A stretch of DNA of 64,000 nucleotides from Propionibacteriaceae bacterium UBA7704 (GCA_002482525.1 DLGC01000010.1:10834-74833), one strand, 5' to 3'. Positions 34,740 to 46,125 are shown, counted from the first letter of the stretch. Translations and numbers: made by a program. The notes: a model not told the origin generated them from the letters alone.

Positions 34740-34860
34740 GCAGCCAGCCTAGGGAGCACCCTTTCGCAAAGACATGGGGACCTCCCCTGACCCAACCCCG
34801 CTCGGGCCTCCCGCCGCGCCCTGACCAGGTCTCGCCTGCGGCGGCATGCCGCCAACCGGT

Positions 34861-35514
34861 CTAGGGACTGATGTAGCGCCGAGGGCTGGTCACCGTGGTG
34901 CTGTAATAGCCCGGCGCCGAGGCGGTTACCCGCACGCTCAGATACCTTCCGGCGTCGGCGGAGGTCGACTGATACTTGTCCTTGGTCGCCGTGGGAGCAA
35001 TGATGGCAACTCCGTCGCGGAACCACTGGTAGCGGTAAGTCGCTCCAACGGCCGGGCCGACGTTGGGCCACAACATGTTCACCGCCAAGAGATTGCCCGC
35101 GTAGGTGTTGTTGCTGATCCACACCTGTCCGGGGGTGATCCTCCCTCGACCGATGGGATTGACCAGCCGCACCGTTCTGCTTTTTGCCTTGTAGCCCTTC
35201 TTCTTGGCCGTCACCTTGATCTGGAGCTGCCTTCCCAGATCCAGCCGCGTGGGTCGATATGTCTGCTTGGTGGCGTACTTGATCTTTGTTCCTGATCGAT
35301 ACCACTGGTAGCTGTACGTGAGCCGTTTCGGCTTCCACCCCTTGGTCGATACCGTCAATTTGCCGCCGACGACGGCTGTCCCTGAGAGTGCGATTGTGCC
35401 GGTCGTGATTCGCTTCGCCGCCCACGCCTCGGTGCCCGGTACCAGTCCGATCATCAAGGTCAACGCCACGAGCGCCGACACCATCCGTCCACCCGGTTTT
35501 AACAGCTTCCCCAT
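34861..35514 (-). CDS. Small secreted protein built from Y-x-W Ig-like modules
   Basis: Trimmed to ATG 35514 (GGAG SD). Signal peptide ending EAWA. Modules LTYSYQWYRSGTKIKYATKQTYRPTRLDLGRQLQIKVTA and YRYQWFRDGVAIIAPTATKDKYQSTSADAGRYLSVRVTA. Confidence 0.65.
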   Translation of the reverse strand: MGKLLKPGGRMVSALVALTLMIGLVPGTEAWAAKRITTGTIALSGTAVVGGKLTVSTKGWKPKRLTYSYQWYRSGTKIKYATKQTYRPTRLDLGRQLQIKVTAKKKGYKAKSRTVRLVNPIGRGRITPGQVWISNNTYAGNLLAVNMLWPNVGPAVGATYRYQWFRDGVAIIAPTATKDKYQSTSADAGRYLSVRVTASAPGYYSTTVTSPRRYISP

Positions 35515-35774
35515 TGCCACTCCAACCCGAGTACCTAGGCCGAATTGTGCCACTCTCGCGGTGCAATGAACAGTGTTTCCGCCATCGGAATCGATCACCG
35601 GTCGCGCACCTGCGTACCCAGAAAGGCGTTCCCCAACCGCACGAACGCCACCACGTTGGGCGTTCAGTCGGAAAGCCCATTGGGGCGCACGCTATCGGTG
35701 GCCCCATGCAAGGACTACAAGGGGTGCTGAGAACGGGACAGACAACGGAGAACACCGTCTGCTATCTTCCCTGA

Positions 35775-37676
35775 GTGAGGGTGGTTCATCGGTCGCCACG
35801 ACAACGGACGCGTCCAATTCTCATTGTCATCGCACTGTGTTTCGCCATGCTCGGCATCGGACCTGCGCCTGCCCATGCCGCGAATACAGTGCTCATCCCC
35901 GATCCGGCTCTTCGAAGCTGCGTACAAAACGAGCTGCAAGCGCACAGCATTTCGACCGAACTCACTGACGAGAACCTCGCGGCACTCCCATCCATCTCAT
36001 GCTCAGCGACGCGTGACGGCACTATTGCCAGTCTCGCCGGGTTGGAAAACCTGGCCAACGCTGATCAAGTCTCGCTTCCCGCAACAACGGTGTCGAATCT
36101 CACTGCACTGACCACACTGCCGAAGCTGACGACACTGTCGTTGGCGAGCACGACGCTGACCGATGGTTCGACGCTTGGCCAGCTGACTCAACTCACAGTC
36201 CTGCACCTGGATACACCGCAGCTCGGGAACGTCGGTTTCCTCTCCGAGCTCAGCCACCTGCGGGGCTTGAGACTGAAGGTTGCTGCCACGGCGTCAATGG
36301 CCCCGATTGCGCAGCTCGCCGATTTGTACTCTCTCTATCTCACTGTGCAAACGCCACAACTCCCGGAACTCACTCTGCCGCCGAGCGTACGAGCCCTGGG
36401 GGTTCTGGGAACATCTCTCACCACCGTGAACGCGTTGCCCAACGCAAGCCACGTCACGACCCTCGTCCTCGACCAGACTCGCAAGCTCGTCGAGCTCGAC
36501 GGGTTGGAAGGACTCTCGGGACTCACCACTCTCTACATCGGCGAAGGTAGCTTTCGCGACCTGCATCCGTTGACGTCGCTGACATCACTCACCAAACTGC
36601 GTGCCAACAACGGTGTGGTCGATGACCTCTCAGGCTTGGCCAACCTAACGCAGTTGACCACGCTCGAACTGGCGAACAACGACATCAGCGATCTCACGCC
36701 GCTGGCCGAACTGATCAATCTGAGCTACGTCAAGCTATCGGACAATCGTGTTTCTGATGTGACCGCTCTGGCCGGTGTTGCGCCCGACGCTACCGTCCAA
36801 CTGAGCGGCAATCGTCTGCGTGACCTCAGCCCGTTACCCGATGGCGCAACGGTGTACGCACTGAACCAGGCCACGCTGAAAGCGCCCGCCGCGACGGTCG
36901 GCGTCCCCTTCGACCTCGGCTTGCGAGCGGTTGATGGAACTCCACTGTGCCCGTCGTATCGGCAGAGTGCGCAGTGCGATGCCGGTCGAGTTAGCTATCC
37001 GCAATCAGGCACCTATGCCGGCACCGCTGTCTCCGCCGATGGCAGATTCCGGGTTGAAGTGTCACAGTATGCGGGCCCTGACCGGCCCTTCGAAGCGACG
37101 CTTCGTCCCAAAGTTGAAGGAACACCGCTGGTCGGACGCGTCTTGAGTTCGTCCTACCCGACGTGGATTCCGTACCCGGACACCGGGAGCTTCCGCTGGT
37201 ATTCGGGAGGCAAGGCGATCACCGGCTCTCTCGGAGCGGGGCAGACCTATCGGCTCCGTACTTCCGATGTCGGCAAACGCGTTCACGTCTGCTACACCGC
37301 CTCCCGAGACGGCTTCATCACGACGCAAGCGTGTTCGGCTCCCACCCTGGCCGTCCACAGCGGCGACATCTACTCGACGGCTCGCCCCACCATCAAGCGG
37401 AAACGCTACGGCAGGTTGGGCGTCGTGCTCGAGGGTAGGTTCAACGCCAATCGCTGGGACCCCGGGGTCGTGTTCCACTACCAGTGCTACCGCAACGGCA
37501 AACGAGTACGGCATTACAAGGGCGCCACCGAGAGAGGCCCCGTGTCCATCGGCTTCCTCACACGGCGCGACGTGGGCGCCCGCTACGAACTGCGGGTCAA
37601 AGCCACCAAGCCCGGCTGCCGCCCTGTCGTGGTCTACTCCAAGACCTTCCGCGTGAAGAAGTCCACCCTGCGCTGA
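35775..37676 (+). CDS. Secreted internalin-like LRR protein (LRR paralog 2)
   Basis: GTG start and signal peptide ending PAHA. Same architecture as 17011..18999: cap (IPDPALRSCV...STELTDENL), 22-residue LRRs, and two C-terminal Y-x-W modules (FRWYSGGKAITG..., FHYQCYRNGKRV...). Confidence 0.8.
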   Translation: MRVVHRSPRQRTRPILIVIALCFAMLGIGPAPAHAANTVLIPDPALRSCVQNELQAHSISTELTDENLAALPSISCSATRDGTIASLAGLENLANADQVSLPATTVSNLTALTTLPKLTTLSLASTTLTDGSTLGQLTQLTVLHLDTPQLGNVGFLSELSHLRGLRLKVAATASMAPIAQLADLYSLYLTVQTPQLPELTLPPSVRALGVLGTSLTTVNALPNASHVTTLVLDQTRKLVELDGLEGLSGLTTLYIGEGSFRDLHPLTSLTSLTKLRANNGVVDDLSGLANLTQLTTLELANNDISDLTPLAELINLSYVKLSDNRVSDVTALAGVAPDATVQLSGNRLRDLSPLPDGATVYALNQATLKAPAATVGVPFDLGLRAVDGTPLCPSYRQSAQCDAGRVSYPQSGTYAGTAVSADGRFRVEVSQYAGPDRPFEATLRPKVEGTPLVGRVLSSSYPTWIPYPDTGSFRWYSGGKAITGSLGAGQTYRLRTSDVGKRVHVCYTASRDGFITTQACSAPTLAVHSGDIYSTARPTIKRKRYGRLGVVLEGRFNANRWDPGVVFHYQCYRNGKRVRHYKGATERGPVSIGFLTRRDVGARYELRVKATKPGCRPVVVYSKTFRVKKSTLR

Positions 37677-37715
37677 TACCCAACCGCGCTCGCGTCCCCT
37701 GATCGACGCGACTCT

Positions 37716-37775
37716 GCGCTCGAATCGTGTTCTTTGCGCCGGAAATTTGCAGCGCAAAGAACGCGTTTCGAGCGC
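37716..37775. terminator. Long hairpin between convergent genes (U-tract-less terminator candidate)
   Basis: 24-nt arms GCGCTCGAATCGTGTTCTTTGCGC (37716-37739) and GCGCAAAGAACGCGTTTCGAGCGC (37752-37775), 22/24 complementary, with a 12-nt loop. Lies between the LRR2 stop (37676) and the hydrolase stop (37796). Confidence 0.55.
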
Positions 37776-37795
37776 AAGGTGGGGGAAGGGGGCGG

Positions 37796-38752
37796 CTAGG
37801 TGGTGACGGTCTTTACTGGGTGGTCGGTGAGGACGGCGACTACGGCGTCGATGGTGATCTGTAGGTAGCTGCGGCCGTCCTGCTCGGAGAAGGTGTTGGG
37901 GTCGAAATAGTGGGCCTTGGCGTTGTGGTTGATCGGGCCGAGGTCGTAGATGGTAATACGGCCTTGGGCCAGAGCGTCACTCCACGGCGAGAAGACGGCG
38001 TGCGGCCAGCGACCGGCGAACATGACGCCACCGAGCTTTTCGAAGATGTCCTTGGTGCCGCGCAGATGCCAGACCTGCTCCACCCGATTCAGCCCGGGAT
38101 CGTCGCTCATCATGCCGCCGATGGACACCACCCGAATCGGGATGTCGCTCATTCCTAGATAGCTGGCTGCCCCGATGGAGATCTGAGCACCACCACTGAA
38201 TCCGACCAGGGTCACCGGTTTGCCGCTGTCGAACGGATACCCGTTGCGCAGCAACGCTTCGAATACCTCCCGAGCGGTGCCGATGTTGTAGGTGGGTCCG
38301 TAGCGCCGATCGGCGCTGACGAAGAGTTGGGCGGCGTTGCGGCCGTTGATGAGCATGCCTGCCAGCGACTCGGGGTTCTTGAAGCGGAGCTTCTCGATCC
38401 ACTTCCACAGCCACGCCAGCGGACGCTGCCCGGTGAGGCTCTTGTTCTCCACCGAGTAGGGAAACACGTCACGGATCAGACAAACCCCGGGGATGTCACC
38501 GATCGCGGCGATGAGCGGCTCCTCCTCGGCAGGAACCGAGCGTCCGTCGATGGCACCGATCCCGGACAGATAGACGACATACTGCTCGTAGTCGGTGATC
38601 GTGTCGATCGCCTGCTCCTCATGGAGTTCAGTGACCAACTCGGCAGCCTCGTCCGCGCCTTCGCGCGACCACCAGCCCAGCGCATCCAGCGGCGCAACCG
38701 CCAGCGCCAGCAGCACGAAAACGCCGAGCCCGATGAGGATTCCCGAGATCAT
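37796..38752 (-). CDS. Membrane-anchored alpha/beta-hydrolase-like protein
   Basis: Long ORF trimmed to ATG 38752 (ATGA overlap with the upstream stop). N-terminal TM segment MISGILIGLGVFVLLALAV. G-x-S-x-G nucleophile elbow as GFSGGAQ. 318 aa. Confidence 0.6.
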   Translation of the reverse strand: MISGILIGLGVFVLLALAVAPLDALGWWSREGADEAAELVTELHEEQAIDTITDYEQYVVYLSGIGAIDGRSVPAEEEPLIAAIGDIPGVCLIRDVFPYSVENKSLTGQRPLAWLWKWIEKLRFKNPESLAGMLINGRNAAQLFVSADRRYGPTYNIGTAREVFEALLRNGYPFDSGKPVTLVGFSGGAQISIGAASYLGMSDIPIRVVSIGGMMSDDPGLNRVEQVWHLRGTKDIFEKLGGVMFAGRWPHAVFSPWSDALAQGRITIYDLGPINHNAKAHYFDPNTFSEQDGRSYLQITIDAVVAVLTDHPVKTVTT

Positions 38753-39429
38753 CGCCGGGCCTCCTTGGCGACGAATCCGCCGTCCAACGGAATGAAGAAG
38801 TCGCCGCTGAGCAAATCGGTGCCACTGAGCATCGACGGCCTGCCGGAGACGAGTTGCCAGATCCTGTCGCCGATCCACTTCATCGGACGCGACAGGCCCC
38901 ACGACGCGAGTTGCATGACTCCCCAGCCGATCAAGGTGACCACCAAGGCGTGTCCCACGTCGGTGACGAAGACGACAGCGACTACGGCCCACAGCGCCAC
39001 CACGCTCCAGGCCTGCAACACCCGCCCGATCGCCGGCCCGAGGTACGGGATGAGCACCAAGAAGCCAAAGACCAAGGGGGCGCTGGACAGCATGACTGAG
39101 CGCACCACGATCCACGTGCCAGGCCCATCGCTGCCGACTATCGGCGGCGCGACCAGCACGATGACCAACGCCTGCACGATGTAGAGCAGCACCATCGCAA
39201 CCCCGTTGAGCAACAAAGTGACGGCAAAGCGCCAGCCGCGCACTCGGTTGATAAACAGCACCACGCTGTTGCCGATCAGGGTGGAGACCCCGGCGAGCAC
39301 CGCAATAGTGATTGCGATCGCGCTTTTGTCCGGCAGCGACTCGAACCATGCGGCCTGGGAAGAATCCATCCCAAGGACCATGCCGATCGTCGCGAAAAGG
39401 TCCCCAACGAACTCCAAGAAGCCTGTCAC
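38749..39429 (-). CDS. Yip1-like polytopic membrane protein
   Basis: 226 aa with about 5 TM segments (ITIAVLAGVSTLIGNSVVLF, AVTLLLNGVAMVLLYIVQALVIVLV, ...). Translationally coupled to the hydrolase gene. Confidence 0.55.
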   Translation of the reverse strand: MTGFLEFVGDLFATIGMVLGMDSSQAAWFESLPDKSAIAITIAVLAGVSTLIGNSVVLFINRVRGWRFAVTLLLNGVAMVLLYIVQALVIVLVAPPIVGSDGPGTWIVVRSVMLSSAPLVFGFLVLIPYLGPAIGRVLQAWSVVALWAVVAVVFVTDVGHALVVTLIGWGVMQLASWGLSRPMKWIGDRIWQLVSGRPSMLSGTDLLSGDFFIPLDGGFVAKEARR

Positions 39430-39555
39430 GGTGCTCCTTCGGGTGAAGAATGGGCCGCTTCGACGATATCAGCGCGGCATCGGCCGTGAGCGGGAATTCA
39501 AGGCAGCCACAGCCCACCGGCCAGCAGAGCGACGAGCCCGGCGAGCGACCGCCGT

Positions 39556-40677
39556 TCAGCCACGGCTGCCGGCGGTTGCTGCGCGTTGCATCATGATGGC
39601 GCGCCGGTAATGCTCGATCAGCTCCGCGGTGAGCGCCGACCAGCTGCGTCCCTGAACCCCCTGCCAGGCAGCTTCGGCGAAGGCGCGGCGCTTGGCATTG
39701 TCGCCAATCAGGTCGGCGACGCGACGACGCAGATCGGCGAGGTCACCGGGACGGTACAGCCAGCCGTCGAAGCTGGACCGCACCAGATCGAGAGGTCCGC
39801 CGACCCCGGTCGCAACGACCGGAACTCCACTGGCGTGTGCCTCTTGGATGGTCTGACCGAAGGTTTCGCTTTCGCCGGTGTGGACGAACACGTCGAAACT
39901 CGCCAGTGCCTCGGCGAGTTCGATGCCGCTCAGCCGACCCGTGAAGTGGGCCTCAGGTAGCAGCTTCTCCAGGCCGGGGCGGCTGGGTCCGTCGCCGACC
40001 ACCACCAGTCGCACGCCGGGAAGGTCGGTGAGCACTCGCAGATCCTCGACCTGCTTCTCGGGGGCGAGGCGTCCCACGTAGCCGACGATGAGCTTGCCGG
40101 GCGCTACCTGCTGGCGCCAGGGCTCGCTGCGGCGCTGCGGGTCGAATCGAACCAGATCAACGCCGCGACGCCACAGGTGCAGTTCGGTGACCCCGAGTTC
40201 CTGCAATTGCTGCAGCGAATGCTGGGAGGGCACCAGGTTCAGGGTGGCCCGGTCGTGCAGACGCCGCAGGTGGGCCTCCACCAGAGCTGTGGCACCGGCC
40301 CAGCCATAGCGCTGGGCGTAGGCGCGCATGTCCGTTTGGTACACCGCCACCGTGGGTAGCTGGAGCCGTCGCGCGGCGGCCAGTGCCTGCCAGCCCAGCA
40401 CAAAAGGCGACGCCAGGTGCACGACATCGGCCCCGAAATCGGCCAGGATCCCCTCCAGTCGGGCGCTTCGGGCCAGGCCGAGCCGCACCTGCGGATAGCT
40501 GGGAATGGCGAACGACAAGGTGCCCTCGCCGGGTACCGGGGTGCCCCCATCGGAGTCTGGCGCGATGATCAGGGTTTGGTGGCCTGCGCGCTGCAGTTCC
40601 TCCTCAACCCGAAGCACCGAGTTGGTGACGCCGTTGGTGTGGGCCAGGTCAGATTCAGAAACGACTGCGACTCGCAC
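39556..40677 (-). CDS. GT4-family glycosyltransferase (mannosyltransferase-like)
   Basis: MRVAVVSESDLAHTNGVTNSVLRVEEEL N-terminus is typical of actinobacterial GT4 MgtA/PimB-like enzymes. C-terminal E-x7-E region (HTGESETFGQTIQEAHASG). Confidence 0.8.
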   Translation of the reverse strand: MRVAVVSESDLAHTNGVTNSVLRVEEELQRAGHQTLIIAPDSDGGTPVPGEGTLSFAIPSYPQVRLGLARSARLEGILADFGADVVHLASPFVLGWQALAAARRLQLPTVAVYQTDMRAYAQRYGWAGATALVEAHLRRLHDRATLNLVPSQHSLQQLQELGVTELHLWRRGVDLVRFDPQRRSEPWRQQVAPGKLIVGYVGRLAPEKQVEDLRVLTDLPGVRLVVVGDGPSRPGLEKLLPEAHFTGRLSGIELAEALASFDVFVHTGESETFGQTIQEAHASGVPVVATGVGGPLDLVRSSFDGWLYRPGDLADLRRRVADLIGDNAKRRAFAEAAWQGVQGRSWSALTAELIEHYRRAIMMQRAATAGSRG

Positions 40678-40799
40678 AACCCCAGCTTGCTGGGCAGAAC
40701 ACCGCCGTCGATGCGATTGGACGCCTCGGAAGCGAAGATTCCCCAGACTGCCGTCTGGTGATCACCTGCTGTTTGCCGCTACCTCGATGAGCACAACGG

Positions 40800-42407
40800 C
40801 TACCTTTGGCCGACCTCCAGCAGAGCGGGGAGTTCCCGTCGCAGGATCTTTCCTGCTGCCGAGCGCGGCACCTTCGTCACGAAGGTCACGCCGCCGAGTC
40901 TCTTGTAGCTGGCGACCTGGTCGGAGACCCACCCGATGAGTTCCCGCGAACTGACCTCCGCCCCCTCACGCAACTGCACCACCGCGTGCGGGATCTGTTC
41001 CCCGGCGGTGCTGGCGGCGATACCGAGCACCCCGGCGTCGGCGACTGCCGAATGCGAACACAGCAACGCTTCGAGTTCGGCTGGTGCCACCTGGAAGCCG
41101 CGGCGTTTGATCAATTCCTTGATCCGATCGACGATGCGCACCACGCCTTCGGCATCAACCCGCACCAGGTCGCCGGTGTGCACCCAGCCGTCGGCATCCA
41201 GGACGGCGTCGGCGTCGCGCGGTATTCCGAGGTAGCCCAGCATGGCGTTGGGCCCGGTGCACCACAGCTCGCCGGGCTCACTGAGGCCTTCGGCGGGCAC
41301 TGCGACGTCCTGGCCGGTTTCGGGGTCGACAACCCGGAAGCGAACATTGGGGATGGCCAACCCGATAGTGCCGAGGTCAATGTCGCGCCGCTCCGGCGGA
41401 ATGACGTGGGTGACCGGGGAGAGCTCCGTCATCCCGTAGCCCTGCACCACGCGGGTGTTCAGGCGGGTTTGGATGGCTTCGCCGACCGGGCCGTCCAGCG
41501 GCGCGGCTCCGGAGACGATCAGCTTCACGCTGTCCCACGGCACTGAATCCACGGCCGGATGCTTGGCCAGGAAGGCTGCCACCGGCGGCACGACGAACAG
41601 CATGGACGGCCGGTAACGCGCGATGATCTCCAAGAACGCCTGCGGTGCAAAGCCCGACATCGTGTATTGGGTGAAGTGACGCAGCAGCCCGTAGTTGAGA
41701 TTGGTGGTCATGCCGTAGATGTGGCTGTAGGGCAGGAAGGCGACGATGGAGTTGTCATCGCCGAAGGAGGCCAGCACCTCGTTGAACTGCAGCAGATTCG
41801 CAACCAGATTGCGATGGCTGAGCATGACGATCTTCGGCAGGCCGGAGGTGCCCGAGGACACCGGCATGCAGGCGATGTGGGTGGCCGGGTCAATGCTCAC
41901 CTCGGGAAGGTCGACCGTGGTCTGCAGAAGCTCCGACCAGGCGGTGTGAGGCGAGCCCTCGACGGGATCGATCACGATGACCGACTCGGGCGGCAATCCG
42001 GCAGCAGCAGCACCCTCGGCAACCTTGGGCAACAGCAGTTGATTGGTGATGACGTAGCGGGCACCGGTCTCGCGCAGCTGACGGGCGATCTCGGTGGCGA
42101 TGGCGGCCGGGTTCACCGGGGTGGTCGCGGCGCCGGTGCGGGCAATGCCGTGAAAGGCGGCTGCGTAATGCGGGCAGTTGGGCAGATCGATGGCGACCGC
42201 CGATCCCGTTGCCACGCCGTGGGCGGCCAGCCAGCTGGCGACGGCGTCGGTCTGCTGTTTGACCTCGCCGTAGCTGAGGCTCAAGCCGGTTTCGGGCTCC
42301 ACGAAGGCGGTGCGTACCGAGTCGGCGTCCGAAAGGTCGGCGAAGAGCAGGGTGTAAAGGTCAACATCGGGGACGTCGATGTCCGGCAGCGGGCCGCGAT
42401 ACTCCAT
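40800..42407 (-). CDS. AMP-dependent synthetase/ligase (acyl- or aryl-CoA ligase)
   Basis: Trimmed to ATG 42407 (MEYRGPLPD...). AMP-binding motif SSGTSGLPKIV, then YGMTE, GDL..VD..G and IKRRGFQV. Confidence 0.85.
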   Translation of the reverse strand: MEYRGPLPDIDVPDVDLYTLLFADLSDADSVRTAFVEPETGLSLSYGEVKQQTDAVASWLAAHGVATGSAVAIDLPNCPHYAAAFHGIARTGAATTPVNPAAIATEIARQLRETGARYVITNQLLLPKVAEGAAAAGLPPESVIVIDPVEGSPHTAWSELLQTTVDLPEVSIDPATHIACMPVSSGTSGLPKIVMLSHRNLVANLLQFNEVLASFGDDNSIVAFLPYSHIYGMTTNLNYGLLRHFTQYTMSGFAPQAFLEIIARYRPSMLFVVPPVAAFLAKHPAVDSVPWDSVKLIVSGAAPLDGPVGEAIQTRLNTRVVQGYGMTELSPVTHVIPPERRDIDLGTIGLAIPNVRFRVVDPETGQDVAVPAEGLSEPGELWCTGPNAMLGYLGIPRDADAVLDADGWVHTGDLVRVDAEGVVRIVDRIKELIKRRGFQVAPAELEALLCSHSAVADAGVLGIAASTAGEQIPHAVVQLREGAEVSSRELIGWVSDQVASYKRLGGVTFVTKVPRSAAGKILRRELPALLEVGQR

Positions 42408-42699
42408 GGGAGCGCTCCGATCACTGGAAGAGTGGATCACAGGGTAGGGGTTCGCGACACCGCAATCCAGAGTGGATGATGAATTAGTCTTCTCCCGTCG
42501 CAGCAGCAACAGCATCCCCATCAGCAGGTTCTCGCAGGGATCAGTTCCATGCCTGATGAATTAGATCGGGCTTGAGGATCACCAAACAAACCGATCACTC
42601 CATCTGCAATCATCACCCCAGACGCTCTGCCAATCACACTCTGCGCGTCCTGCATTCCCACCCCTACAGGTGCTGCAATTGCCACTCTAGTGATAGCCT

Positions 42700-43980
42700 G
42701 TGGTTGTGGACACCTCAAAAGCACTTGGCCGGCGCTACCAACAGCGGGTCATCGATGCGCCCCTCCAACGTGCCCTGGAGGCCGCGGGCGCGGTGCTGAT
42801 AGAGGGAGCCCGCGCCACCGGAAAGACCATGACCGCCATGAATGCAGCGCGCTCTTTCGTCTTCATGGATGATCCAGAACTCAAACTGGTGATAGAAGAC
42901 GCCCCGCAGATGTTCCTCGGCGGCGAGAGACCCCGACTTCTCGACGAGTGGCAAGTCGCCCCGAGCCTGTGGAATCTCGTACGACGTTCTGTCGACTCCA
43001 CGGCCAGCCCCGGGCAGTTCATTCTGACCGGATCATCGGTGCCCGCCGACGACGTAACCCGCCACACTGGTGCCGGTCGATTCCTTCGGTTGCGACAGCG
43101 AACGATGTCCTGGTGGGAGAAGCTCGAATACCCGACCACGCAGGTCAGCCTTGCCGACTTGTTCGATGGCCGACGCCCCTCTGCGAGCCCGACCAGTAGC
43201 GATCTCGACACAGTCATCGACAACATATTGCGTCCGGGCTTCCCGGCCATGACCCAGCTCACACTGCCCCAGTCTGCGAAACGACTGCGCAGCTACATTG
43301 ATGATGTCGCGCGAACCGATATCCCCCGTCTAGCCGAGGTTCGACATCGGCCCGAGGTGGTGAAGCGCCTCATCAGCGCGATAGCTCGATCTGCGGCTTC
43401 TGAAGTTTCCCACGCCACACTCGCCAAGGATGTCCGCAGCGTTGCCCCGTCAATAAAGGCCGAGACGATCGCAAGCTACGTAGAGCTTCTTCAGCGGCTC
43501 TTCATCGTTGAACCACAGCCGGCCTGGAGCCCTGCGCTACGCTCCCGAGCCAGATTGCGCCGCGCTTCAAAGTTGCACCTGGCAGATCCGGCATTGGCTG
43601 CGGCGGCCCTGAGCGCAGGGCCGGATCAGCTCCGATCTGATCTGAAGACCCTGGGCTTTCTATTCGAGAGCGCAGTGATTCACGATCTGACGGTGTTCGC
43701 GCACGCACTCGACGGCGAGACGTTCCACTACCGCGACTCGAACGGCCACGAGATCGACGCAATCATCACTCTCCCCGATGGGCGCTGGGGCGCCGTTGAG
43801 GTCAAACTCGGTGGTTTGCGCGTACCCGATGCCGTGGCCTCACTTGACGCCGCCATCAGTCAAATCGACACCGGGGCAGTGGGCGATCCGAGCTTCCGAC
43901 TCGTCATCACCGGCACTGGCCCCACTCTGGTCACCTCCGATGGCACCGTGACGGCACCTCTAGCGGCGCTCTCGCCGTAA
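42700..43980 (+). CDS. AAA_14/DUF4143-family ATPase
   Basis: Walker A GARATGKT near the N-terminus, Walker B-like LLDEWQ, and a C-terminal DUF4143-like region (FESAVIHDL...YRDSNGHEIDAI). GTG start. Confidence 0.75.
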   Translation: MVVDTSKALGRRYQQRVIDAPLQRALEAAGAVLIEGARATGKTMTAMNAARSFVFMDDPELKLVIEDAPQMFLGGERPRLLDEWQVAPSLWNLVRRSVDSTASPGQFILTGSSVPADDVTRHTGAGRFLRLRQRTMSWWEKLEYPTTQVSLADLFDGRRPSASPTSSDLDTVIDNILRPGFPAMTQLTLPQSAKRLRSYIDDVARTDIPRLAEVRHRPEVVKRLISAIARSAASEVSHATLAKDVRSVAPSIKAETIASYVELLQRLFIVEPQPAWSPALRSRARLRRASKLHLADPALAAAALSAGPDQLRSDLKTLGFLFESAVIHDLTVFAHALDGETFHYRDSNGHEIDAIITLPDGRWGAVEVKLGGLRVPDAVASLDAAISQIDTGAVGDPSFRLVITGTGPTLVTSDGTVTAPLAALSP

Positions 43981-43994
43981 CTCCACCCGATCCG

Positions 43995-44050
43995 CTCCCA
44001 GAAGTGGCAGTTACTCCCAAAGGTTCGGGAGTAACTGCCACTCTTGGGAG
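43995..44050. terminator. 24-bp-arm hairpin downstream of the ATPase gene
   Basis: CTCCCAGAAGTGGCAGTTACTCCC (43995-44018), loop AAAGGTTC, GGGAGTAACTGCCACTCTTGGGAG (44027-44050); 22/24 complementary. Starts 15 nt after the stop codon. No U-tract. Confidence 0.55.
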
Positions 44051-44142
44051 CGCCTGACGGGGGGGCCGGTGTCCGCGGTCGGGAGCGGAAGGAGTGCGGG
44101 CGGTAGACTTCTCAGGTTGCCCCACCCAGACCGGAGTTCTGC

Positions 44143-46005
<1,863 letters not shown>

Positions 46006-46032
46006 GGCAGGGCGCTTGGGCTCTGCTTCCTG

Positions 46033-46125
46033 CCCTTCGACAAGCTCAGGGAACGACGGCCGAGTCTGACGCCTCCCCGCTGGCCGAGCCCGACGAAGCC
46101 CCCGCTGGCCGAGCCCGCCGAAGCC
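46033..46125. repeat. Short intergenic repeats: one CCCTTCGACAAGCTCAGGGA element plus a tandem 25-nt repeat
   Basis: CCCTTCGACAAGCTCAGGGA at 46033-46052. CCCGCTGGCCGAGCCCG(A/C)CGAAGCC occurs twice in tandem at about 46076-46125. The first motif recurs at 52427, 55092, 55177, 57117 and 57148. Confidence 0.55.

Noticed and set aside
34736-35755. 339-aa minus-strand ORF overlapping 34861..35598 in another frame
   Set aside because: It is Arg/Gly-rich with no motifs and overlaps the GTPase gene's start region. The alternative frame encodes a protein with a signal peptide and the recurrent Y-x-W modules.
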